Positions 1 to 9,956 of a DNA stretch of 64,000 bases are shown here, piece by piece. The position numbers were made by a program, and so were the translations under genes. The first letter of the stretch is position 1; every line of letters starts with the position of its first letter. The DNA comes from Acidimicrobiia bacterium (GTDB lineage: Bacteria; Actinomycetota; Acidimicrobiia; Spongiisociales; Spongiisociaceae): contig JBFGLM010000021.1 of assembly GCA_041576165.1 (NCBI GenBank), positions 1 to 64,000 on the forward strand, in the 5' to 3' direction. Under the pieces are notes generated by a model. The model was given only the letters and a program-made list of their open reading frames with translations. It was not told the DNA's origin and did not search any database.

Positions 1-37
1 GCGGTGATGCGTATCGCGGGATCCGACCGCCCCGCGC

Positions 38-502
38 TCAACCGACCGGGGTCTTCGCCTGATTGGTCACCATGGTCCCGCCCATGATCGAGCGTGCGTT
101 GACGGCCAGGGCCGGCGCATCCGACAGCAGATCGGCCTGACCTTCGAGCACCATGCGTGTGTCGCCCAGGAAGGCGCCGGTATCGCCGACGACCTTCCAC
201 TTGGACGGGATTCGAACCTCGACGCCGCCCCAAAGCGTGAAGACAGTGAGCCGGGCTCCGGGCGCCAGATGGGCGTTGCTGAGATCCAGCTCGACGCTGC
301 CCATGACCGCCACAACGGTCGCGCGACGCAGCGACGCGGCACGAGACGTGAATCGTTCGCCCCTCATGATGGCGATGCGCGAGAACTCGTCGCTGTATTC
401 GTCGCCCTCGGAGCGGAGCATGAACCGGGCGATCACGGCCGCCAGGACAATCACCGCATCGACGATGACGCTGTATTTGAGGAGCTTCTTCGCGAGTTGC
501 AT
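38..502 (-). CDS. LiaF-like / DUF2154-type membrane protein
   Basis: N-terminal TM segment, then beta-rich repeats (GSVELDLSNA, TLWGGVEVRIP). Start moved to ATG 502, which has GGAGG upstream. Confidence 0.7.
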   Translation of the reverse strand: MQLAKKLLKYSVIVDAVIVLAAVIARFMLRSEGDEYSDEFSRIAIMRGERFTSRAASLRRATVVAVMGSVELDLSNAHLAPGARLTVFTLWGGVEVRIPSKWKVVGDTGAFLGDTRMVLEGQADLLSDAPALAVNARSIMGGTMVTNQAKTPVG

Positions 503-724
503 GCCACCTCCGGCGGTGTTCAGGCATCGCACGTTACGACGGCGCGAAGGAAAGGTCTAGGGGGCGGATTCTTTGCGGTTCCCGGCGGGTACTCGTCTGA
601 CCGTCTGGCCGGCTGGTCAGATCCGGTGTCCGATGCGGCCGGTGACGCCGCGGCTCGTGCACGTCCTAGCGGGTTACGGGGATTCCGGGATGCCGCGCCT
701 CGATGACAGGTAGCGTGGTGGTGT

Positions 725-994
725 ATGCGAGCCGCGGACGCGTTTCTAGTCGAGCTCAGCTCTGCGCCACCCGGCGCCTGGTGGCGTCAGTTTCTCGCTC
801 GGGTCTTCCGTACCTTGGGCGACTACCCGGAGCCGAATCAGATCCTGGTGGCCGAGCTGGCCACGGGCCGTCTATTGGCGAGTCTCGACGGTGGGCGGGA
901 CGTGGCGGTGGAGATGGTCGCCGACCTGGATGCTCTGAGCGCCGATGAGTTCGCTCAGCGCTGGTTGCCGGCCGGCGCATGGTCGTCGGGCTGA
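725..994 (+). CDS. small hypothetical protein
   Basis: Protein-like composition; TAGCGT -10-like box upstream; overlaps the 3' end of nei by 40 bp convergently. Confidence 0.55.
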   Translation: MRAADAFLVELSSAPPGAWWRQFLARVFRTLGDYPEPNQILVAELATGRLLASLDGGRDVAVEMVADLDALSADEFAQRWLPAGAWSSG

Positions 995-1767
995 CAGGCG
1001 GTGCACCAGTATGTGATCCGCTCGAGGTCGGTGGATCTGCCCACTCGCACCTCGGAGCCGCACCGCCGGCAAGGACGGCCGGCCCGCCCGTATACGTAGA
1101 GTTCCGAACCCTGCCGCCGCCCCCCCGTGGTGGTTCGGCTCCCCGGCCCTACGTTGCGCCGCAGCTGGGCGGCGGCGCGTAGATACATCCATTCGAGCTG
1201 AGCGTCCGTCACGCGTCCGACCGGGGTTTCGGGGTGGATGCCGGCTTCGAACAGGACCTCGTTGCGGAACACATTGCCGATCCCGGCTGCGATCCGCTGG
1301 TCGAGCAGGATGCCGGAGATACCGACCGTTTGGTCCGCAGACCTGGCCCGCGCCACGGCGCTGGCGACATCGGGAGGATCATCCAAGAGGTCGGGGCCAA
1401 GGTGGCCTACCCGATCCCATATGAGCGGTGTTCGGTCGATCTCGACCGTCGGGGCCCCGTAGCACCGGGCAGACCAGCCGCTTGTCTCTATCACCACCCG
1501 GGCTGGGCCGTCGGACTTGGCCCCTGAGGGTGGTCCGAAACGCCACCGTCCGGTCATGCCGAGGTGGACGCGCAATGACCAGCCTCCCGAGAAGTCGATC
1601 AACAAGTGTTTGCCCACCGCTTCGACGTTGTCGAGGGTGCTTCCGCGCAGCTGTGCAGCCCGCCGCCGCACCGATGGTTCCGTCCCACCGACCCGAATGA
1701 GGGCCCGGCCCGCCATCTTCTCGCGGATCCGGCGGGCGTGGGCGTGGATCGAATCGCCTTCAGGCAT
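955..1767 (-). CDS. nei: Fpg/Nei family DNA glycosylase/AP lyase
   Basis: N-terminal MPEG, GKHL, HLGMTG, H2TH GIGNVFRNE and C-terminal zinc finger CRRC...CTACQ; start overlaps the lhr stop. Confidence 0.93.
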   Translation of the reverse strand: MPEGDSIHAHARRIREKMAGRALIRVGGTEPSVRRRAAQLRGSTLDNVEAVGKHLLIDFSGGWSLRVHLGMTGRWRFGPPSGAKSDGPARVVIETSGWSARCYGAPTVEIDRTPLIWDRVGHLGPDLLDDPPDVASAVARARSADQTVGISGILLDQRIAAGIGNVFRNEVLFEAGIHPETPVGRVTDAQLEWMYLRAAAQLRRNVGPGSRTTTGGRRQGSELYVYGRAGRPCRRCGSEVRVGRSTDLERITYWCTACQPDDHAPAGNQR

Positions 1768-4700
1768 CAACGGCCCCGGAAAGTGAGCCCCCTGGCGGCG
1801 GGTGCAAAGCCGTGGTCAAGAAGTAGCCGGCCCAGAGGATGGGACGAGATAGGTTCGTCGTCGATTCGCTCCAGGGTCATGCGTCGCTGCCGGCTCCCGA
1901 CGTCTGCCAGCGCACCTGCGGCAGGAACGAACAACTCAGGATCGTCGGTGAGCGTGATGGCGCGCTTGGCTCCTCGTTCGAGGTACACGAGCGGCCGGCC
2001 ATCGTGAAGGATGACGTATGCCCCGGCCGCCCGGCTGGCCCGTCCCCCGGCCTCCTCCGGCCACGGGATGATCGACCCGTAGGGGTTGGCCGGGTCGGCC
2101 GCCGCCAGTACCACGATCCCGCCGGACGGTTCCGCGGTCCGCAGGCGATCGATTGCGCCGGGTAGGGCAAACTGGAGGCCGCCCATGCCCTCCACGAAAT
2201 AGCCCCGCCGGATCCGTCCGATCTCTTCCATGTGCGTCAGCACCGGGTACAGCGACGTGAGTCCGCCCGGCACACCTTCTGCGAGGGCGGCCGGTCTGGT
2301 CACGACACCGTGACGTTCGAGTAGCTGGTCCGTCCAGGCCGTTGCCCAGGCGGCGTCACCAGCCGGATTGGACATCAGGTCGGCCACCCTCGACCACCGC
2401 CCGGTGGCGGACGGCGGCATCGAAGACGGAAGAACGGGTGCGCGCCGGGCGCCCGCCCCGCCGCGACGCCGGGCCCGGCCCATCTGCAGAGCCCGGAGTG
2501 GCGCCAGCGTGTCATTCGTGACCTCACCCGCCCATACCAGGTCCCAGACGGCTTCGAGCACCTCGGCGGGATCACCGCCGCCGGCCGCTGTGTAGATATC
2601 ACGGAAAAAGGAGGCGCCGCGCTCAGCGAGGTGGGCCCGGATGGCATCGTGCACCGGACCGGCCGGCAGCTCGGTCGCGGGATCGGTCCGGTGCAGCAGC
2701 TCGAGCTGGTCCCGTAGGTACAACGCGATCCGCCCGTCTCTGGGACCGATCGGTCCTCGTCCCAGCCATACGACTTCTCCCGACACCATCAGCTGGTCCA
2801 GCAGCTCTGGGGCGTAGTCGAGCCGTCCGGCCAGGACATCGCGTTCGAGTATGGAAGCCGGAATCGGCGCTCCTTGCAGCTGGCGCAGCACCTCGGTGAG
2901 CGCGACCAGGTCGCGCCGGCCCGTACGTCCGACGCCCTGCCAGACCGGTACGAAACGTGCCAGCGTCACCTGGTCGACCGCCTCGATCTCTTTGCGAAGC
3001 GCCGCCAGGCTGCGGCGCTTCAACCGTCGCAAGACCTCGTTGTCGACCCATTCCTGACCTTGGGCGCCCGGCCGGAACGCGCCGCGGGCGAGCCGACCTC
3101 GGGCCTCGAGCGCGGCCAGGGCGGTTGAGACGACGCCGACCGGCAGACTCAGATCGAAGGCGGCCTGATCGGCCGTGAACGGGCCATGACTGCGGGCATA
3201 ACGACCCACGACGTCCCCCAGCGGGTCGTCCACTGTCTCCAGGAAGACCTGAGGCACTCCGGGCGGCGGCTGCAAGCCCAGGGCGTCTCGTAGCCGGCCT
3301 GCGTCCTCGACCGCCGCCCACATCTCGCGACCAGCGACCCGCACCGGGATGATGCGTCGCGTGGACTCCAATTCCGACAGCATGGATGCGGCGTCGCCTT
3401 CCTTGAGCCGGGCGTTGATCTGATCGGTGGTCAGGGGCCCGATGGCGCGGAGAAGATCGTGCAGCCCGTCGACGCCGCGTACTTTGCGATCCTCGGCGAG
3501 TCGCTGGAGTTCCATTTCGATCGATTCGATCACGTCGACCGCCAGCAGCTCGCGGAGCTCGCCCTCACCGAGAAGCTCTCGGAGAAGCTCGCGATCCAGC
3601 GTGAGTGCGGCGGCCCGGCGCTCCGCCAGCGGCGTGTCCCCTTCGTAGAGGTAGGAGGCCACGAACTCGAACAAGAGGGACGAGGCGAAGGGACTCGCGC
3701 TGCTGGTCTCGATTTCCACAACGCGCATCTTGCGGGACCGAACGTCGGCCAGAACCTGCGTGAGCGCCGGTAGGTCGAACCGATCCTGCAGTATCTCCCG
3801 GTACACCTCCAGTACGATGGGGAATGCGCCGAAGTCCTTCGTCACCTCCATCAGGTCGGCTGCGCGCCGTCGTTGCAGCCAGAGCGGGGTGCGCCCGTCC
3901 GGCCGGCGGCGGGGGAGGAGCAGCGCTCGGGCGGCCGCTTCCCGGAAATGGGCCGCAAAGATCGCTGTGTCGACTAGCTCTTCCATCAGAAGCGGCTCGA
4001 GCTCGCCAGGCTCGATCACCAATTCTTCGGTGCCGGGGACCTCATCGGAGTCCACGAACCGGAAGGCGATGCCGTCGTCGCCCCAGATGACGTCCATCGA
4101 CCGCCCGAACCGCTCTCGGAACCGCTTGTTGAGCGCAATGGCCCAAGGCGCATGAACCCGAGCGCCGAGGGGCGACAGGACGACGACGCGCCAGTCGCCG
4201 ATCTCGTCTCGAAAACGCTGGATCACGATGACCTGGTCGGAGGGCAGCACACCCGTGGATTCGCGCTCCTCATCGATGTAGGCAACGAGGTTGCGTGCCG
4301 CTCGCTCTTCGAGGCTGTATTCCTTGGTCAGCGTGTCCACTGCCGAGCCGGCCGGCAGCGATCCGATCTCGCGGATGAACTTGCCGACGGCCCGGCCGGT
4401 TTCGAGCGGTCGTCCCGGCTGGTCGCCTCGCCAAAACGGCATCCGTCCGGCCGAGTCGCCGGGTGCGGGTACGACCTCCACCCGGTCGTGGGTGATGTCG
4501 GTGATGCGCCACGTCGAGGTCCCGAGGATGAAGACGTCACCTGGTCGGGACTCGTACACCATCTCCTCGTCGAGTTCTCCCACTCGAGCGCCGTCGGGCA
4601 GATTGACGGTATACAAACCCCGGTCTGGGATCGTGCCCGGATTGGTTACGGCCAGCCGGTGGGCCCCGGCCCGGGCGGTCAACGTGTGTTCTACCCGGTC

Positions 4701-6170
4701 CCAGACGACCCGCGGTCGCAGCTCACCGAACAGCTCGGAGGGGTAGCGGCCCGACACCATGTCGAGGACAGCCTCGAAGGGACCCCGAGCCAGGTCGGCG
4801 TAGGGGGCGGCCCGACGGACGACCTCATACAGTCCATCGACCGTCCACTCATCCATCGCGACCATCGCCACGATCTGTTGGGCCAACACGTCGAGCGGGT
4901 TCTTGGGAATTGTCGTCGGTTCGACGGCCCCGGCGCGCATTCGATCGACCACGACCGTGGCTTCGAGCAGATCGCCTCGGTACTTGGGAAACACCTTGGC
5001 GACCGACGGGGCACCCACCTGATGGCCGGCGCGTCCCACCCGCTGGAGACCGGAGGCCACAGATGTCGGAGATTCGATTTGGACCACCAGATCCACCGCG
5101 CCCATGTCGATGCCGAGCTCGAGCGACGAGGTGGCCACGACCGCCGGGATACGTCCCTGTTTGAGCAGCTCTTCGATCTCGACTCGCTGTTCACGTGACA
5201 CCGACCCGTGATGGGCTCGGGCGACCTCCTCGCCCGCCAGATTGTTGAGTTCGGTACAGATTCGCTCTGCCAGCCGGCGCGAATTCGCGAAGACGATCGT
5301 TGAGTGGTGCTGCTGGATCAGCTCCAGCACTTCGGGGTAGACCGATGGCCAGATCGACCGGTAACCGGCGTCGGTCTGATCGGTGGTGAGCGGGTCGGGT
5401 GGCGCCGGTGCGGCCATGTCTTCCACCGGCACGATCAGTTCGATTTCGAGCCGCTTGTCGGACGGGACGTCGACGATTGACACAGGCCGGGGGGTACGCG
5501 TTCCGTCGGCGACGGCCCCGCCGCCGATGAACTCGGCGATGGTTTCCAGCGGCCGCTGCGTGGCGGACAAACCGATGCGCTGGGGGTCCACTTCGGTCAG
5601 CTCCTCGAGACGCTCGAGCGAGAGGGCCAAATGGGTGCCGCGCTTGGTCCCCGCCACCGCGTGTACCTCGTCGATGATCACCCAGCGCACAGAACTGAGC
5701 ATCTCCCGGGCGCGGCTGGTGAGGAGCAGATACAGCGACTCTGGGGTCGTGATCAGAATGTCGGGAGGGGTCCGTTGCATCCGGCGACGCTCGTCGGCTG
5801 GTGTGTCACCGGTGCGAATGGCGGCGGCCACCTCCTGCAAAGGGCCGAACTCATGCCGGGCAGCCGCGTGGTGAATACCAGTCAGTGGGGCTCGGAGATT
5901 GCGCTCGACGTCGTGGGCCAGCGCCTTCATCGGCGAGATGTACAAGACCCGGCACCGGCGGCGCGGTTCTGGATGGGGTTCGGTCAGCAGGCGATCGACC
6001 GTGTAGAGAAACGCGGCCAGTGTCTTCCCGGACCCGGTCGGCGCGTGGATCAGCGTGTGGTTGCCGCCGGCGATGACCGGCCACCCCCGGGCTTGGGCCG
6101 CGGTGGGTTCGGCAAACGATGACTCGAACCACGCTGCCGTGGCCGGCGTGAACAGGGTGGTGAGGTCCAT
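1767..6170 (-). CDS. lhr: ATP-dependent helicase Lhr (long form with C-terminal extension)
   Basis: APTGSGKT, DEVH, SAT, HHGS, SSLELGID and QRVGRAGH motifs; C-terminal RGYFVEG and AADPANPYG. Start at ATG 6170, 7 nt after TACCGT. Confidence 0.95.
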   Translation of the reverse strand: MDLTTLFTPATAAWFESSFAEPTAAQARGWPVIAGGNHTLIHAPTGSGKTLAAFLYTVDRLLTEPHPEPRRRCRVLYISPMKALAHDVERNLRAPLTGIHHAAARHEFGPLQEVAAAIRTGDTPADERRRMQRTPPDILITTPESLYLLLTSRAREMLSSVRWVIIDEVHAVAGTKRGTHLALSLERLEELTEVDPQRIGLSATQRPLETIAEFIGGGAVADGTRTPRPVSIVDVPSDKRLEIELIVPVEDMAAPAPPDPLTTDQTDAGYRSIWPSVYPEVLELIQQHHSTIVFANSRRLAERICTELNNLAGEEVARAHHGSVSREQRVEIEELLKQGRIPAVVATSSLELGIDMGAVDLVVQIESPTSVASGLQRVGRAGHQVGAPSVAKVFPKYRGDLLEATVVVDRMRAGAVEPTTIPKNPLDVLAQQIVAMVAMDEWTVDGLYEVVRRAAPYADLARGPFEAVLDMVSGRYPSELFGELRPRVVWDRVEHTLTARAGAHRLAVTNPGTIPDRGLYTVNLPDGARVGELDEEMVYESRPGDVFILGTSTWRITDITHDRVEVVPAPGDSAGRMPFWRGDQPGRPLETGRAVGKFIREIGSLPAGSAVDTLTKEYSLEERAARNLVAYIDEERESTGVLPSDQVIVIQRFRDEIGDWRVVVLSPLGARVHAPWAIALNKRFRERFGRSMDVIWGDDGIAFRFVDSDEVPGTEELVIEPGELEPLLMEELVDTAIFAAHFREAAARALLLPRRRPDGRTPLWLQRRRAADLMEVTKDFGAFPIVLEVYREILQDRFDLPALTQVLADVRSRKMRVVEIETSSASPFASSLLFEFVASYLYEGDTPLAERRAAALTLDRELLRELLGEGELRELLAVDVIESIEMELQRLAEDRKVRGVDGLHDLLRAIGPLTTDQINARLKEGDAASMLSELESTRRIIPVRVAGREMWAAVEDAGRLRDALGLQPPPGVPQVFLETVDDPLGDVVGRYARSHGPFTADQAAFDLSLPVGVVSTALAALEARGRLARGAFRPGAQGQEWVDNEVLRRLKRRSLAALRKEIEAVDQVTLARFVPVWQGVGRTGRRDLVALTEVLRQLQGAPIPASILERDVLAGRLDYAPELLDQLMVSGEVVWLGRGPIGPRDGRIALYLRDQLELLHRTDPATELPAGPVHDAIRAHLAERGASFFRDIYTAAGGGDPAEVLEAVWDLVWAGEVTNDTLAPLRALQMGRARRRGGAGARRAPVLPSSMPPSATGRWSRVADLMSNPAGDAAWATAWTDQLLERHGVVTRPAALAEGVPGGLTSLYPVLTHMEEIGRIRRGYFVEGMGGLQFALPGAIDRLRTAEPSGGIVVLAAADPANPYGSIIPWPEEAGGRASRAAGAYVILHDGRPLVYLERGAKRAITLTDDPELFVPAAGALADVGSRQRRMTLERIDDEPISSHPLGRLLLDHGFAPAARGLTFRGR

Positions 6171-6227
6171 CTGAGCAACGGTACCCGGCGGGTACGACAA
6201 ACGAGACGGCCCGCTCACCGGCCTCCT

Positions 6228-6863
6228 TCAGTCCGGGACGGGCGTCGATTCTCGGCCCACGTCGAACCCTGTTTTGGCCAGCAGATGAAGCAGCGCCGGC
6301 GCCGGCTCCCGGAACTGAGCGCCCTGCAGCATGTCTCCGTAGCGGCGGAGATAGCCGTACACGGTCTCGAAGATGTGGCTGAGGCTGATCGTGTTGAGAT
6401 TGACGACCGGGGACCGGCCAAATGCAACCAGCCGGGTTCGGATCGAACCGCCGGCCCGGGCCTCGCTGCGGGCCACCCCACCCTGCTGGAGCTCCTCGAT
6501 CACCGCCTCCACCCCGGACGAGTACAGCCACTCGAAGCGCCGGAGGATGGTGTGGAGTGCAGCATGCGTCGTCAGACCGCGGTTGAACACAGCTTCGCCC
6601 TGCTTCACTTCGCCGATGACGATGTCGATCGTGGCGTCTTCCAAGAACAACCCGTCGTCCTCGATGAGGAGAAACCGGCATTCGTCGTCGTCATGGACAT
6701 CTCCGGCGTATACGGGTCCCGGGAAGCGGATGGCGACGATGTCGATGTCGGTAACGGTCTCCCAAACGCCGCGCTGGTTGCGCTGCTGAATCTCGAACTC
6801 GGATAGCGTGACGTACCCGTTGAGCCGCAAGTAGTACTCGACCAAATTCACTGCGATGTCCAT
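6228..6863 (-). CDS. hypothetical protein, PD-(D/E)XK nuclease-like
   Basis: E-YL-LNGY helix, TDIDIVAIR strand and IGEVKQ match the E...D...(D/E)xK layout; start chosen at MDIAVN. Confidence 0.6.
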   Translation of the reverse strand: MDIAVNLVEYYLRLNGYVTLSEFEIQQRNQRGVWETVTDIDIVAIRFPGPVYAGDVHDDDECRFLLIEDDGLFLEDATIDIVIGEVKQGEAVFNRGLTTHAALHTILRRFEWLYSSGVEAVIEELQQGGVARSEARAGGSIRTRLVAFGRSPVVNLNTISLSHIFETVYGYLRRYGDMLQGAQFREPAPALLHLLAKTGFDVGRESTPVPD

Positions 6864-7070
6864 GTGTTCATTCTTGCGTCCACAGCTGGTGCGGTGGGCG
6901 ATGTCGCTCACGCCGGCGACCACTGTGGCCGGGTCGGGGCGCCGTCTGGGTCAGCCGACCCAGGACTAGTTCACATGTGCACGTAAATGAGTCGCCCGTC
7001 CCATGGACTGAAGTAGTGGAGGGTTCCAATAATGCGGAGGTCAGTTCGCCAGGGAAGGTAGGGATCCGCC

Positions 7071-7667
7071 GTGCTTGACACATTGGTTCGGCGCTTGCAG
7101 AAGGACGACCCGGGGCTGGCCGCGCACGGCGACCGGGTTGCGAGCCTGGCCCACTCCATCGGTAAGGCATTGGGCCTGGGGGCGGAACGGCTCCGCCGTC
7201 TGCGGGTGGCCTGCACCCTTCACGACATCGGCAAAGTCGACATTGACCAGGCAGTGCTCTGGAAGCCGGGCCCGCTGGTTGGAGCCGAATGGGATGAGAT
7301 TCGCCGCCATCCCGAGCTCGGCTACCGGATGGTCCGGGGTTCGGTGCACGAGGAGATCGCCGAAACCGTGCTCTGCCACCACGAGTGGTTCGACGGCAGC
7401 GGCTATCCCAACGGCCGGTCCGGCCACCACATCCCGCTGCTGGCCCGGGTGCTGACCGTGGCCGATGCGTTCGATGCGATCACCTCCGACCGCTGCTATC
7501 AGCCGGCTCTTCCGGTTGACTATGCCTTGGACGAGATCCGGGCGCACGCCGGAACGCAGTTCGACCCCGATGTAGTGGTGGGGCTCGAAGCTGCGGCCGA
7601 GGCCGGCCTGTTCCGCACCCCGGAGGAGGAGCTGGAAGAGATCAAAGCCGTGCTGGTGGGTAGCTGA
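7071..7667 (+). CDS. stand-alone HD-GYP domain protein (cyclic-dinucleotide phosphodiesterase family)
   Basis: LHDIGK, HPELG, HHEWFDGSGYP, ADAFDAIT, GTQFDP. Confidence 0.9.
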   Translation: MLDTLVRRLQKDDPGLAAHGDRVASLAHSIGKALGLGAERLRRLRVACTLHDIGKVDIDQAVLWKPGPLVGAEWDEIRRHPELGYRMVRGSVHEEIAETVLCHHEWFDGSGYPNGRSGHHIPLLARVLTVADAFDAITSDRCYQPALPVDYALDEIRAHAGTQFDPDVVVGLEAAAEAGLFRTPEEELEEIKAVLVGS

Positions 7668-7686
7668 GCGTCGCCGATCGCGTTCG

Positions 7687-7713
7687 AACGGCACCGCCCC
7701 TGGCGGTGCCGTT
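7687..7713 (+). terminator. hairpin / probable intrinsic terminator
   Basis: AACGGCACCGCC-CCT-GGCGGTGCCGTT, a 12-bp perfect stem just after the HD-GYP stop. Confidence 0.65.
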
Positions 7714-7854
7714 TCGCGTGCGGGCCGGCATGTCCGTCGCGAGCTAGATTGGTCCAAGGTGCATGCATCGGCGCCATTTCGAAGCGGCGTTCGCACCTGT
7801 GCCCGCTCTCCCGGCTGGAGGGGGTAGTGCAGGCGTCGGCGATGGGAGTTCGCC

Positions 7855-8199
7855 ATGAAGCTGGTCCCGATCATCTACGTAACCGACATGGATCGGTCGG
7901 TCGACTTCTACGAATCCCTCGGCGCGACGGTGGGACCGTCAGGACGCAATCCTCACTGGACCGAGATGGAGCTGAGTGGATCGGCGTTGGCGCTGCACAT
8001 CACGGCCGATGCTGGGAGCGGCGCGCAGCCTCGTGTGGCGATCTCACTCCGGGCTCACGAATCTTTGGAGAACGTTGAATCGTTGCTGAGCGCTCGAGGT
8101 ATCGAGACGGTCCGTGGGATAGCCGATGAGGCGTTCGGTCGGTCCATGGTTGTCTCCGATCCGGACGGGCTTGCGATACAGATCAACGAGCACCAGTGA
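7855..8199 (+). CDS. VOC (glyoxalase/bleomycin resistance) family protein
   Basis: YVTDMDRSVDFYE and FGRSMVVSDPDG. Confidence 0.88.
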   Translation: MKLVPIIYVTDMDRSVDFYESLGATVGPSGRNPHWTEMELSGSALALHITADAGSGAQPRVAISLRAHESLENVESLLSARGIETVRGIADEAFGRSMVVSDPDGLAIQINEHQ

Positions 8200-8223
8200 A
8201 CGCCACGATGGCCGGGTCCCGCG

Positions 8224-9081
8224 TCAGGCGTCGTCGCTCCCCGGCTCGCGCTTGCGCTTTGGTTTGCTGCGAGCGGGCTTGGACTCCTGCGGGCCAGCGG
8301 TAGCCGCCCGCGCCAAGGCAGCGGCTCGGTTCGGATCGACCGGGTTCTCCACCCGACCTTTGGTCTTGACGTCGGTCCCGACGATGACCCCGTCGGCCGC
8401 TTCGAGCAGCCGGCCCACATTGCGGCTGGTGGCGCCCGATCCGATCAGCAGCGGCGCGTCCGGCACCGCCCGGCGTACCTTGGCGATCGTCTTCTGATCG
8501 GGGGCCCGCCCCGTGGCCGGGCCCGACACGACCAGAGCGTCTGCCAGGCCGCGGTGATACGTGTCGGCGGCGGCCTCTTCGAGCGTCAAACCGGGTGGGG
8601 GAGCGGCGTGTTTCACGAAGACGTCGGCCAGGATCTCGATCTCTGGAGCCCACGCCGCTCGCGCCCGCGCGATCTCGGCCGCCCGGCCGCTCACCAGACC
8701 CTGATCGGTGTACATGGCGCCCGACAGCACGTTGACCCGAATGAACTGTGCCCCGCAGGTGGCGGCAATCGACAGCGCCGCCAGGCCGTCGTTGCGGAGG
8801 ACGTTGACGCCCAGCGGCTGGGACACCGCCGCCCGCACGGTTGCCACGGCGCGGGCCACGGCCGCGGTGGTTATGGGGGGAACCCGGTCGGCGAAAAAGG
8901 GCACGTCCCCGTAGTTCTCGATCATCAGGGCATCGAATCCGGCGTCGGCCAGCGCCAGCGCATCTGCCACCGACCGTTCCAGTACCGCCTCGAAGTCGCC
9001 GGCAAACCCGGGCGCGCCGGGCAACGGGCCCAAATGCACCATACCGATGAGCTGGGGAGCCGTGGATTCGGGCTGCGGCAC
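8224..9081 (-). CDS. BtpA/SgcQ family TIM-barrel protein
   Basis: IGMVHLGPLPG, IENYGD, GVNVLRND, DVFVKHA, ADGVIVGT. Confidence 0.9.
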   Translation of the reverse strand: MPQPESTAPQLIGMVHLGPLPGAPGFAGDFEAVLERSVADALALADAGFDALMIENYGDVPFFADRVPPITTAAVARAVATVRAAVSQPLGVNVLRNDGLAALSIAATCGAQFIRVNVLSGAMYTDQGLVSGRAAEIARARAAWAPEIEILADVFVKHAAPPPGLTLEEAAADTYHRGLADALVVSGPATGRAPDQKTIAKVRRAVPDAPLLIGSGATSRNVGRLLEAADGVIVGTDVKTKGRVENPVDPNRAAALARAATAGPQESKPARSKPKRKREPGSDDA

Positions 9082-9821
9082 TAGAGCGTGATTCTGACGA
9101 GTTCGAACGCTCGCTCGGCGAGATCGCCGGTGATGGTCATTTGATCCCGGACTTCATCCGGTGAGGCACGGCCGACGGCCAGCGTGCAGAACGGCAGGGC
9201 CGGGCCCTTGATCACCTGGTCGCTGTCTTCGGGACCACTCACCCACTTGGCATACATCGGTCCCACCACCTGCACCCGGATCGGCTCCGGATAGGGCTCG
9301 CCAGCCAAGCTGAACGTGTATGGGAGGTTCTTCCACGCAAGCCATGCGATGTGCCGAAGGCGGTCCGTCTCTTCGATTTCGGCCTCCACCGCCGCGTGGA
9401 TGTCCAGCCCGTAGGCCCAGGTTTCGGCGAGTCGGGCGGTTGCGAACGTCTTGGCTGACATGTCGCTTCGAAACCACGGAATCCGATCCGTGGGATTCAT
9501 GCGAGAGAGGGCGTCCACGACCTTGGCGCGGTTCTCCCGCCATACCTCGATCACATCTTGGGGTCGCATCCCGCGACCGGCCTCGGCGCCCACTTCGAAG
9601 AACCCGTCGAGCGAGTCGTGGTCGTCGATTTCGCCCAACCGGGTGCCACCGTCGCTGATGGCGTTGTGGGCGTAGCCCTCCATCGCCGCCAGATGACTCA
9701 CGGTGTCCTGGATGTTCCAGCCGTCACTCGTGGACAGTTTCCAGTCCCGTATGTTGATTTTCTGTAGAAACTGGTCGAGCGCCTGTTGCTCGGCCACCAG
9801 GTCTGAAAGGATTTCGCGCAC
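9081..9821 (-). CDS. DinB/MDMPI superfamily protein (TIGR03084-like)
   Basis: DLVAEQQAL, GWNIQDTVSHL, IPW..MS..F..ARLAETWAYGLD, TDRLRHIAWL. Confidence 0.82.
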   Translation of the reverse strand: MREILSDLVAEQQALDQFLQKINIRDWKLSTSDGWNIQDTVSHLAAMEGYAHNAISDGGTRLGEIDDHDSLDGFFEVGAEAGRGMRPQDVIEVWRENRAKVVDALSRMNPTDRIPWFRSDMSAKTFATARLAETWAYGLDIHAAVEAEIEETDRLRHIAWLAWKNLPYTFSLAGEPYPEPIRVQVVGPMYAKWVSGPEDSDQVIKGPALPFCTLAVGRASPDEVRDQMTITGDLAERAFELVRITL

Positions 9822-9956
9822 CTGCCAAGGCTAGTCATTTTCTACAGATTCTCGTACCGCAAACGCCACATAGCGTGAAATCTGGATCGACCTCAACCGC
9901 GGTAGGTGAGATACCACCGCGCGATTTGGGCCACAGCGGCGGATCACCGTCCGTGT

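Noticed and set aside
6864-7070. possible c-di-GMP riboswitch before the HD-GYP gene
   Set aside because: GEMM consensus elements were not found.
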